The translations under genes and the position numbers were made by a program. From Patescibacteria group bacterium (GTDB lineage Bacteria; Patescibacteriota; Patescibacteriia; UBA9934; GWF2-40-263), in the NCBI GenBank assembly GCA_004297215.1, contig SCUM01000001.1:289181-353180 (forward strand): 64,000 nucleotides of DNA. Direction: 5' to 3'. Below, one piece after another: positions 55,049 through 63,422 of this stretch (positions within the stretch are counted from its first letter, which is position 1; each line of letters begins with the position of its first letter). Below the pieces are notes generated by a model. It saw only the letters and a list, made by a program, of their open reading frames with translations. It was not told where the DNA came from and ran no database searches.

Positions 55049-55603
55049 TCACACCGTCATGATTTCCTCTTCCTTCTTCGCGCCGATCGCATCGGCCTCG
55101 GCCACGAAATCCTTGGTGGCCTTGTCGAGCTCGTCGAGGATCTTGAACTTCTCGTCTTCCGACACGCTCTCCTCCTTGCTGCTCTTCATCACCTCCTCGC
55201 GCGCGGCCTCGCGCACCTGGCGCAGCGACACGCGGGCGTTCTCGAGGCGCTCCTTCATGTTCTTCACGAGGCTCCGGCGGTTTTCCTCGGTCATGGGCGG
55301 AAGGTTCAGTCGCACGCGCTGCCCGTCCACGGCCGGATTGACCCCGATGTCGGCGTCACGGACCCCCTTCTCGATCGCCATGAGCAATGACTTGTCCCAC
55401 GGCTCGATGAGGAGCGTCTTGGCGTCGGACACGGTGATGGAGGCGACGCTCTTCAAATCCATCGCGCTGTCGTACGCCATCACCACCACGTTCTCCACCA
55501 TGGCCGGGTTGGCCCGTCCGGTGCGAAGCGAAGACAGCTCCTTTTGGAGGTGCTCGATGACCGCCCGGAAGGCGGCGTTCTTTTGGCCTACGAATGGATG
55601 CAT
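55049..55603 (-). CDS. frr: Ribosome recycling factor
   Basis: RTGRANPAMVENVVVMAYDS...LNLPPMTEENR, the canonical RRF sequence; 184 aa. Confidence 0.9.
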   Translation of the reverse strand: MHPFVGQKNAAFRAVIEHLQKELSSLRTGRANPAMVENVVVMAYDSAMDLKSVASITVSDAKTLLIEPWDKSLLMAIEKGVRDADIGVNPAVDGQRVRLNLPPMTEENRRSLVKNMKERLENARVSLRQVREAAREEVMKSSKEESVSEDEKFKILDELDKATKDFVAEADAIGAKKEEEIMTV

Positions 55604-55655
55604 AGGGAACGAAAACTTGAAAACTTGAAATCTTGAAGGTCCAAGGGGGGTGTCC

Positions 55656-56738
55656 TTATTTTTTCACTTCGGCGGCGCCGGCGAGATAGAGGACCGAGGC
55701 GTTTTTCGGGTCGAGCGTGAGGAGCTGCGGGATGCGGGCGGTGGGAAGCGGGTCGGTGGCCCAGGTCACCCCGTCGTCGGTGCTCGCATAGAAGGTGCCG
55801 GCGGCCGCATACCAGAGGCGGGACGAGGCCGCGGGATCCATGGCAAGCGCCCTGATGCTCGTCTGGCCCGGAGAGGTGAGGAGCTTGATCCCCTCCCAGG
55901 TGGCGCCGAAATCGCGCGATCGGATGAGGCCGTAGCCCGTGGCGGCCACCACCGTGCCGGAATCCTTGTCCTGCACGAGAGCGGCAACCTTAGTCGCATT
56001 CCGGAAATCCTTCAACTCCTTGGTGACCTGGGTCCAGGCCTTGCCGGCGTCGAGCGTGCGGAAGAATCCGGCCCCGTCGGTCCCGATGAGCATCTGGCGG
56101 CTGTCGGCGCGGCTGAGCATGATCTGCGTGACGGCGGACTTCGTGGAAACCGACGTGCGCCAGCTCTTCCCCTTGTCCGTGCTCTGCAGCACGTCGCCGT
56201 TGCTCAGCCCGATCCACACCACGTTCGGGTTATACCAATCGACGACCAAGGCGGTCACCGACACCTTGGCGCGCGGTTCCACGTACGCCTGGTCATCTAC
56301 GCTCCGCAGGCAGTCCACGGACTTGAGCACGCGGTTCCCGCGCGCCACGTACACCGTGCACGCGTCCTTGGGATCCACGGCCACGTCCACGATCGCGCCG
56401 GCGCGCAGGCTTTCGGCATGCGCCTGGCGCCATGAAGCCGTGCCGTCCTCGCTCAAGAACAGCCCGTTCTCGCGGGTTCCCGCATACGCGACGGACGGGT
56501 CCTGCGGGTCGAAGGTGAGAACGGTGACGTTCGTGCCGGCCATGGTGCCGACCCCTTTGGGACCCGGGACGGCCACGGCCTGGGCCCAGGTCTTTCCCGT
56601 ATTCTCGGAACGCCACAGGCCGCCGTCCGGACCTTTGGCCGGGGTTTTGGGGCCGCCAAGGCCCGGGATGCTGCAGCCGGCGCCTATGAGCGCAAGGGAG
56701 ACGAGCGGGAGAAGCAGGCGCGTACGCATACTGGGCAT
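55656..56738 (-). CDS. Lipoprotein with BNR/Ycf48-like beta-propeller repeats
   Basis: Lipobox LIGAGC. Repeated S.D.G.TW / GxxW motifs. Confidence 0.55.
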   Translation of the reverse strand: MPSMRTRLLLPLVSLALIGAGCSIPGLGGPKTPAKGPDGGLWRSENTGKTWAQAVAVPGPKGVGTMAGTNVTVLTFDPQDPSVAYAGTRENGLFLSEDGTASWRQAHAESLRAGAIVDVAVDPKDACTVYVARGNRVLKSVDCLRSVDDQAYVEPRAKVSVTALVVDWYNPNVVWIGLSNGDVLQSTDKGKSWRTSVSTKSAVTQIMLSRADSRQMLIGTDGAGFFRTLDAGKAWTQVTKELKDFRNATKVAALVQDKDSGTVVAATGYGLIRSRDFGATWEGIKLLTSPGQTSIRALAMDPAASSRLWYAAAGTFYASTDDGVTWATDPLPTARIPQLLTLDPKNASVLYLAGAAEVKK

Positions 56739-56805
56739 ATTCAGGTTTGTCAGGTTTTTTCAGGTTGGTCAGTTGGTGAGGATCTCCTTACCGACCTTAC
56801 AGACC

Positions 56806-57714
56806 TCACAGACTTATCAAGAGATGTTCGAGGGCGAGTTGGGGACTGGCGTTATGCAGGATCCCGCTGCGCGCCTCAGCGAGCCGCCGGAGGGAGCGCG
56901 TAAGGCGCAAGGCGGCGGGCGCGTCGCGCACGCTTCCGAGCATGCGCTCGCGCAACGCGCGTTCCCACGCGTCGAGCGTGCAGAGCGCGACGAGCGCCTT
57001 GTTGGCTTCGTCCTTTGGCATGAGCTCCGCGGCCGCTCGCAGGCGCCGGGCGATCGGAGCAGCCATGAGGTCGCGCACGGCGGCGCTCGCGACGTCTTCC
57101 TGCGCGCGATATTCGCCGTCGGTGAGCAGGCGGATCGCGACGCCCGGCGCGCCATGCGAACGGGCGGCGAGATGCGCCGCTTCCTCATGATCGAGCCCGC
57201 GACGGACGAGCGCCTCGGCGATCGCGGGTTCGGGGACGGCATGGAACCGGACGACCTGGCAACGCGACGCGATCGTCGCCGGCACGTCGTCCGCGCTCGG
57301 GGCGCGCAGCATGATGAGCGCGTTCCCTTTCGGTTCCTCAAGCGTCTTCAGGAGCGCGTTCGCGGCCGCGGCGTTCATCCGGTCGGCCTCCTCGATGAAC
57401 ATCGCCTTGCGCCCGGAAAGGCTCGTGAGGGAAAACCGCTCGCACGCTTCGCGCACCTGTTCCACGGAGATAGCCGATTTCTCCTTGCCCGTCTTCTCAT
57501 CCGTTTCCCGTCGGACGAAGACGGCGTCCGGATGCGTCTCCACGGATCCTTCGCCCATGACCGCATTCAGAAGGGTGAGCGCGACGGTCGTCTTCCCCAC
57601 GCGTGCCGGACCGACGAACAGGAAGGCGTGTGCCATCCGACCGCTGCCATGCATGCGGAAAAGCGCCTCACAGACGAGCGTATGGCCGATAATTCGGGAA
57701 AACGGCAAAGCCAT
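56806..57714 (-). CDS. holB: DNA polymerase III delta-prime subunit (AAA+ clamp-loader)
   Basis: HAFLFVGPARVGKTT Walker-A-like motif and SRC-motif region with the ...EEAD.. box. Confidence 0.75.
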   Translation of the reverse strand: MALPFSRIIGHTLVCEALFRMHGSGRMAHAFLFVGPARVGKTTVALTLLNAVMGEGSVETHPDAVFVRRETDEKTGKEKSAISVEQVREACERFSLTSLSGRKAMFIEEADRMNAAAANALLKTLEEPKGNALIMLRAPSADDVPATIASRCQVVRFHAVPEPAIAEALVRRGLDHEEAAHLAARSHGAPGVAIRLLTDGEYRAQEDVASAAVRDLMAAPIARRLRAAAELMPKDEANKALVALCTLDAWERALRERMLGSVRDAPAALRLTRSLRRLAEARSGILHNASPQLALEHLLISL

Positions 57715-57800
57715 AATGGCGCAAGTATATCATAGGCAAGGTTCCTTGACTCGGTTTCTTTAAACGCAGCTTAGATTAGCCAATATTTTGACGTTTCCCC

Positions 57801-57829
57801 TTGACAAAACCCCTAAAATATGATATAAA
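57801..57829 (+). promoter_or_regulatory. Strong sigma70-type promoter TTGACA-N17-TATAAA (locus B), near-identical to the promoter at 19980
   Basis: -35 at 57801-57806 and -10 at 57824-57829. Confidence 0.65.
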
Positions 57830-57859
57830 TCTTCTCGTACTCTGATCCTTGGATAACTG

Positions 57860-58102
57860 GCGGAAACGCCATTGGGGAGTTCGAAGGCCCTAAATATCCA
57901 TGAATTCAGAGGAGTGAGTATCTCAATGACAGGCGAACAGCCGGTTGTTGGCGTACTTCACGTACTCCCGCAACCGGTTGTTTGTTTTCTTGCCCACCGA
58001 AGCTCATCAGAGCGAAGGAGGGTTGTACCCGGAAATCTGGAGGAGAGAGTCCCCCGCCGAAGCCCGCAAGGGCGACAGTGGGTCGGATGCCTAATGCCAT
58101 GA
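57860..58102 (+). promoter_or_regulatory. Conserved 5' leader (locus B): GGAGTTCGAAG motif, SD AGAGGAG, ATG micro-ORF (MTGEQPVVGVLHVLPQPVV..., 57926-58102), intrinsic terminator (GCCGGTTG...CAACCGGTTG plus TTTGTTTTCTT, about 57940-57991)
   Basis: Read directly from the sequence. Homologous to the locus A leader at 20040-20239. Confidence 0.5.
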
Positions 58103-58230
58103 CTCGGTCTTGTACTGACTCATGTCATACCCCTGGCATCCATGGGCCACACCAGTCGCAAGGCAGGTCACTGGCCCCCGACCCTCCAGATTCCCGGGTG
58201 CAACTTCAACCAGCACCCGTAGGAGGCAGC

Positions 58231-58428
58231 ATGACGCGAATCAATTATGGAGACGACGACGTCCGGATCTTCGTCGACAGCGCGGAGGGCAACGCCGTCC
58301 TCATCGACCTGACCCCGCAGGAGAGGGAGGACGCGATCAGGTTCAACAACCTCCCGCCCGACCTCACCGACGTGGACCTGTCCGCGTTCGTGGACGAGCT
58401 GTTCGACGGCGTCGGCAGCACGAAGTAG
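58231..58428 (+). CDS. Hypothetical small acidic protein (65 aa)
   Basis: AGGAGG-N5-ATG start and GC3-biased codons. Confidence 0.5.
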   Translation: MTRINYGDDDVRIFVDSAEGNAVLIDLTPQEREDAIRFNNLPPDLTDVDLSAFVDELFDGVGSTK

Positions 58429-58580
58429 GCAACGCCCTACAAACGCTCGCCTCTGTCGTGAGACAGGGGCCCAGCAAGGAACCGATGAGACGGATCTCGT
58501 CGTTTGCTTGGTGAATAAGCGACGGAAGTCGCTAAAAGCCATAGCGGGAATGAACCCCCGCACCCAACAACGAGAATCAC

Positions 58581-59039
58581 GTGAACGCACCTCTCCCGAA
58601 TCAGTCCCTCCACAACCTCGACGCCGCGATCGACGCCATCCCCGACACCGACAAGAAGGTGCGCCGCATCAACATCGACCAGCATGGCGTCCAACCGCTC
58701 GAGGTCGTCGCGCTGCTGAAGCGCCTCGTGGCGATCTCGGAGCACATGACGCCCGAGCACGACGCGGAGTTCCGCGCGCTCATGGCGCCGATGGTGATGG
58801 CGAAGTACGCGCGCTTCAACGAGGCGATCCGCGACATCGGCTACGTCGCCACGTGCACGCTCAAACAGCCGGCCATCGGCATCAACGAGGACTACAGCCT
58901 CGAGGACGGCCGGACCGTGGCGCTGCGCCTGCTCGTCGCGGCGCAGTCCAAGGGCGACGTGAAGATCCTCGACGAGGTCTTCAAGACCCTGCTGAAGCAC
59001 GACCTCGTCAGCGTGAGCGACCTCAAGAAGAAGCGCTAG
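58581..59039 (+). CDS. Hypothetical protein (152 aa)
   Basis: GTG start, weak SD, and a consistent GC3 bias. Confidence 0.4.
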   Translation: MNAPLPNQSLHNLDAAIDAIPDTDKKVRRINIDQHGVQPLEVVALLKRLVAISEHMTPEHDAEFRALMAPMVMAKYARFNEAIRDIGYVATCTLKQPAIGINEDYSLEDGRTVALRLLVAAQSKGDVKILDEVFKTLLKHDLVSVSDLKKKR

Positions 59040-59227
59040 TCACGACGACACGGTGGGTCCCCCGCATGCATCCGATACGACATCGGAATCGCGTGCGGGG
59101 ACCCACGACAGAAACGAGATGATGACCCGGCCTTCGCCCGATGCTTCGGCGGACAGGCCCCCGGTTCGTCAGCTGGTTCCTGGAGGATCCCGAACCTTTC
59201 ATGCGGACCAGGACGCAGGAGAACACA

Positions 59228-60024
59228 TGACGAACGTTGCCGTGCAGACCGTTTCCTCGAACTCCGTTTCGGCTCGGGCGAAGAGCTTGGCGCTGAAGGA
59301 GGTGTTCCGGTACGAGGGCCGCCTCAAGCGCGCCCGCAAGGTGAAGCCCGCCGTCATCGACCCCGTCGTGACGGCGGCCAAGGAGGAGGTGGAGCGGCTC
59401 GAAGAGGAGCTCCGTACCACCTCGAGCGCGGCGGCGTGCTACCAGGTCGAGCTCGAGCTCGACCGCGCCCGCCGGGCGCTGCACGTGGCGCACCTGCCGC
59501 CGCTGCCGCCCAAGCCGGTGAAGCGGCCCGTCGTCGCCCTGCCGGCCCCCAAGGCCGTCGAGACGCCGAAGCCGCCGGTGGTCGTCGTGCCCGAGCCCAA
59601 GCTCGAGCCGAAGCCGCCGGTGATCGACGCCACGGAGATCGAGCGGCGGGCCGAGCAGGCGGCGCAGAAGCCGGCGGAGGCCAAGCCGAAGCCCGAGCTC
59701 AAGCTCGTGCCCAGGCCGAAGACGGTCGAGCCGTCGATCCAGGAGATCGACGAGCAGATCGCCGCCATCGAGGCCCGCATGGCCGGTCCCAAGCCGACCG
59801 TCCACAAGCGCAGCCACGAGGGTCAGCGCCTGCGCGCGCAGCTCATCCAGCTGCGTCAGCAGAAGAAGGCCATGGCGCCAGCGCCGGCCAAGGTGCTGGG
59901 CACCATCAAGGTCGAGCCCCGCGGCCCGACCAAGCACAAGCCCATGGTCGCCACGAAGGCCGACAAGGTCATCGTGAACGACCCGCCGAAGAAGCAGAAG
60001 GGCGGCCGGCGCAACAACGCCTAG
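59228..60024 (+). CDS. Hypothetical Pro/Lys-rich protein with coiled-coil segments (265 aa)
   Basis: AGGAGA SD. PPLPPKPVKRPVVALPAPKAVETPKPPVVVVPEPKLEPKPPV low-complexity region. Confidence 0.5.
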
Positions 60025-60249
60025 CCGCCAAAGACACGCATCGTGGCCCCTGCACCCTTCCGACGCCTGTCGGATCGGTGCGGGGCCACGAAAGAAAACT
60101 CCGCCATTCATCCTTGCCTTGGTACGCGCCTTCTGGCACGGACTAAGGTGAGGACGACGGGCGGAGTTTTCGTTTGTCCGACCGTTGACAGACGGCGGAT
60201 TTTTTGATACGCTCGGCACCACTCTTTCACAACTGAAACGAGGAGAAAG

Positions 60250-61980
60250 ATGAGCAAAAGCATCCTGTTCCTATTCGCGTTCCTGACACTCACCGGCTGC
60301 GACGGAAGGACGGTGGTCGAGAATACTCAGAAGGTCCGCGAGTGCTACTGCGGCGAGAACGAGATCGTGTGCGACGTCGACCCATGTGACCGAGAGATCG
60401 TCGAGGTCATCCGCACCGCCTGCCTTGATGGCAGCGTCGTCGACGACCCGCGCGATTGTCCTGCGGCCGGTGAAGGCGAAGGAGAGGGAGAAGGCGACAC
60501 TGGACTTTTCGTCACGCTCTCAAGTTCGACGCCCGCAAGTCAGACGGTCCCGCCCGGCGCCGCCTCGGTGGAGTTCATCAAGGTGCGGCTCGCGGAAACG
60601 GATGCGCTGCTCCCCATCAACGATCTCACCTTCCGCGTCGGCGGCGTGGGTGCCGTCTCCAATATCGATTCGGCCACCTTGTACTTGGCAGATTCCTTCG
60701 ATGATCCGGTTATCGACTTGCGCGTCTCCGATCCGCAGCCGATCGATCCGGTGACGCGCGAGGTGTCGTTTCGAGGAGGTTTCGGTCTCGATCCCGGCGA
60801 GACACGGACGTATGCCGTGCGCTTGGATATCGCCGCCGCCGTGAACAGCGGAGACACGGCGCGACTTGAGCTGGTGTCCATCGCATCCGACGGCCAGGAC
60901 GTGTTTGGCGCGTTCCCGATCAGCGGGAACGCGATGACATTCACGGACCATCCGGTCGGGACGGTCCGGTTCGGACGATTCCCGTCCTTCAGCCCGGTCG
61001 TGGGCGAAACGGACGCCGTCGTGGCGCAATTCACCATCCAGGCCATGTCGGAGGGCGCGAACTTGAAAGCGCTGACGCTCAACTGGCCACAAGCGCTCGA
61101 CAACGGTAACAGTTCGATTTGGAACGATGACGTGAGATTGGGTGATTGCTTCGCCTTCTCCAGGTCGCTGGTCTTTTGCGACCTGGATGACCAGCTCCAC
61201 CTCGATCAGGATGAGATGCGGAGCTTCCAGCTCCGAACCGATCTGTTCGTCGAGGCCGGAGAGGTGATGCAGGTTGCCGTCGAAGACCCGACGGACGTGT
61301 TCGCCTTCGGAGACGAATTCGGCTTCCAGATGGCCGTGGACATCTCGGGATACGACGACGCGGATTCGGCGTGCACGGGACCGGGCCGAGACTGTTCCTA
61401 TTCGGTCGTGAGTCCCGGATGCGCATTCCAAGTCCATGACGAGGGAGGGACGTTGTTCCAGACGCAGGCCCTGCCCTCCTTCTTTCCGACCTCCGGCGGC
61501 GAGGCGACCCGTGAGGTCGTCCCTGGACCGAACTCCGCGCTGACGTTTGAGGCATTTGCCCAGAACGCGTGCGATGGAAACGTGACCCTGTTCTGGATCA
61601 GCGATTTCTCCATCCGGGCTACGGATGAGGACGGAACCGGCTGGGTGGAGGATCTGCACGATAACGCGCCTGACATGATCCGGCTCGTAAACCTGACAAC
61701 CGGCACGCAGACGCCAGGCACCACAGTGACATTCGGCCCGACGGTACATCAAGGAACGACGACGCAGTTCGGCTTCGGCTTCGAGTTCGATCCGGCGGAG
61801 TTCATCGAGAGCGGTGTGTTCTATGCGTATGAGCTCATCGTCGACACGACGGGAGCCTCGGTTGGTTCCAACGACAGCATTGAGGTGTCGACCATGTTCC
61901 TGGCGTATTGGAGCGACGGCAACGTGTCGCTTATGACCTCGAACCTTGGGCCGCAAATCGGGACCGTCCTGATTCACTGA
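60250..61980 (+). CDS. Secreted lipoprotein, paralog 3 (576 aa) with a Cys-rich N-terminal region and a GEGEGEGEGD linker
   Basis: GAGGAGAAAG-ATG start. Lipobox LTLTGC followed by DGR. Cys pattern CYCGENEIVCDVDPCD resembles paralog 2. C-terminal YWSDGNV motif. Confidence 0.65.
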   Translation: MSKSILFLFAFLTLTGCDGRTVVENTQKVRECYCGENEIVCDVDPCDREIVEVIRTACLDGSVVDDPRDCPAAGEGEGEGEGDTGLFVTLSSSTPASQTVPPGAASVEFIKVRLAETDALLPINDLTFRVGGVGAVSNIDSATLYLADSFDDPVIDLRVSDPQPIDPVTREVSFRGGFGLDPGETRTYAVRLDIAAAVNSGDTARLELVSIASDGQDVFGAFPISGNAMTFTDHPVGTVRFGRFPSFSPVVGETDAVVAQFTIQAMSEGANLKALTLNWPQALDNGNSSIWNDDVRLGDCFAFSRSLVFCDLDDQLHLDQDEMRSFQLRTDLFVEAGEVMQVAVEDPTDVFAFGDEFGFQMAVDISGYDDADSACTGPGRDCSYSVVSPGCAFQVHDEGGTLFQTQALPSFFPTSGGEATREVVPGPNSALTFEAFAQNACDGNVTLFWISDFSIRATDEDGTGWVEDLHDNAPDMIRLVNLTTGTQTPGTTVTFGPTVHQGTTTQFGFGFEFDPAEFIESGVFYAYELIVDTTGASVGSNDSIEVSTMFLAYWSDGNVSLMTSNLGPQIGTVLIH

Positions 61981-62008
61981 ACGGACCTCCGCGGCAAAAG
62001 ACGCACCT

Positions 62009-62036
62009 AGCCCTGCGGAAACGTGGGGCTTTTTCT
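62009..62036 (+). terminator. Rho-independent terminator
   Basis: AGCCC-TGCGGAAACGT-GGGGCT followed by TTTTT. Confidence 0.5.
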
Positions 62037-62047
62037 ATTCCAAATTT

Positions 62048-62085
62048 CAAAAGGCCCAGGCAGCGATGCCATGGGCCCTTTCTTC
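62048..62085. terminator. Second, bidirectional terminator hairpin
   Basis: AAAA-GGCCCA-GGCAGCGATGCCA-TGGGCC-CTTTCTTC. Confidence 0.5.
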
Positions 62086-62640
62086 ATCAGGCTACAGCCT
62101 GATGGACTCTCTCCTCTTCCTCCAAACCCGCCATTGCCCTTCGAGAGCGCCGGTGGGTCTTTTTACTCTCTCCCCTTCGTTTCGGGGATATGCCCCTAAC
62201 GGTTCCCTGGAGTTCCAGAGGAACCCAGAAGGCTATCCCTTTCTCCCAAATCTGTCAATCCCTCCATCCCCTTCGGCCCCTTCTCCCCCTTAAATCCCTT
62301 ATAACCCTTCCGTTTCCCTGTCATTCCCCCTTGACACCCCTTAGGAAACCTGATAGCTTGGTCGGTCGTCGAAGCAGGCGTGCAGGCGACCGCCAACCTG
62401 TCGAAAGATGGCGTCTACGCAGGACAAAAAGATGGATCGAGTCAAATCGCAACGGGCGCAAAGCGCGCACAGGCCTGTCCCGTACCCACGGGAACCCCCA
62501 TTGCCGACGGGCCGCAGGTGCCCCACGCCCATCTCCTGTCCGGGAGAAGGCGGCTGCTGAAGACTCCGTTCATCGACGACGACTGCGACGACGCACGACA
62601 CGCCCTCCACAGCTCATCAGAGCGACGGAGGGTCTTTTAT

Positions 62641-63414
62641 TTACACCTTCAGGACGGGGTATTCCGATGCCCCGGCCCAGGCCAGGTCGAACATGATGCG
62701 GATGGCGTCGGCGATCTCCTTGCTCACGATGACGATGGAAAGCGGCGCGGACTTGAAATTCACCAGGAACACGTGGCTGCCGCGTACGGTGATCTCGGCG
62801 TGAAGCGGGAATTTCTCCGGCGGGAGGTAGCGCACTTCCCCGTTCTTCACGCGCGGCAGGCGTTCCGCCGCGCCGGGAGACGTCACCAGCAGGGCGCGAT
62901 GGAACGCTCCCTGGGCCTCCACTTCCGCGACATGTTCCGGTCGCGTCTTCATGATCGTCGGGTTGGCTTCCACGTCGTCGAGCGGGACGATCTGCACGTA
63001 CTCGCCCTTGAGCGACAGGAACACCTCGCGCATGGTCGCCTTCCCTTCCACTCCTTCGAGATAGCGGATCTGCGGCTTGGCCCCCTCCACGTTGAACAGG
63101 CCGAGCAGCGTAGGCAGCACCTTCTCGAACTCGAGCTCCTTCTCCTCGATCTCCCGGCGCTCCATGCGCAGGATGCTGCGCAGGCGATCCGGCGATTCGG
63201 GGACGAAAAAGCGCTTCTTGCCGCGCACGAAGGTGCTCATGAGGCCTCGCCCCGCGAGCGATTCGATCATCACGTACGTGGTGGCGCGGTTCACCTTGGA
63301 CTTGTGCGCGATGTCCTGCACCGGCGCGGGCCCGAGCTCGAGGGACGCGGCATAGACCGCGGCCTCCTTCTCCGACAGGCCAAGGTGCATCAGTTCGCGG
63401 AGGACTTCGTCCAT
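62641..63414 (-). CDS. TrmB-family transcriptional regulator
   Basis: N-terminal wHTH LRELMHLGLSEKEAAVYAASLELGPAPVQDIAHKSKVNRATTYVMIESL (TrmB N-domain signature), followed by a coiled coil and a C-terminal domain; 257 aa. Confidence 0.75.
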   Translation of the reverse strand: MDEVLRELMHLGLSEKEAAVYAASLELGPAPVQDIAHKSKVNRATTYVMIESLAGRGLMSTFVRGKKRFFVPESPDRLRSILRMERREIEEKELEFEKVLPTLLGLFNVEGAKPQIRYLEGVEGKATMREVFLSLKGEYVQIVPLDDVEANPTIMKTRPEHVAEVEAQGAFHRALLVTSPGAAERLPRVKNGEVRYLPPEKFPLHAEITVRGSHVFLVNFKSAPLSIVIVSKEIADAIRIMFDLAWAGASEYPVLKV

Positions 63415-63422
63415 ATGTCAGA

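Noticed and set aside
57995-58020. Hammerhead-ribozyme core CUGAUGA on the minus strand (also at 62612-62632)
   Set aside because: No properly placed helix II or GAAAC box follows the CUGAUGA heptamer in either copy. A simpler explanation is that the shared 22-nt motif is a hairpin loop.
57990-58100. Glycine-riboswitch-like sequence (CTGGAGGAGAGAGTC...CGCCGAAGCCCGCAAGGGCGACAG) in the locus B 5'UTR
   Set aside because: GGAGAG and CCGAAGG-like boxes are present, but the P2/P3 helices and the tandem-aptamer organisation of the glycine riboswitch are missing. The downstream genes are not glycine-metabolism genes. It is kept only as a structured UTR.
62196-62396. Minus-strand 66-aa ORF with a collagen-like GYKGFKGEKGPKGMEG
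   Set aside because: It arises from the purine-rich complement of the CT-rich tract, with no start context or SD. It is a low-complexity artefact.
62408-62560. 50-codon ORF MASTQDKKMDRVKSQRAQ... inside the candidate sRNA
   Set aside because: No SD, and AT-ending codons (aaa, cga, caa, tcg) that are atypical for this genome. It is more likely non-coding.
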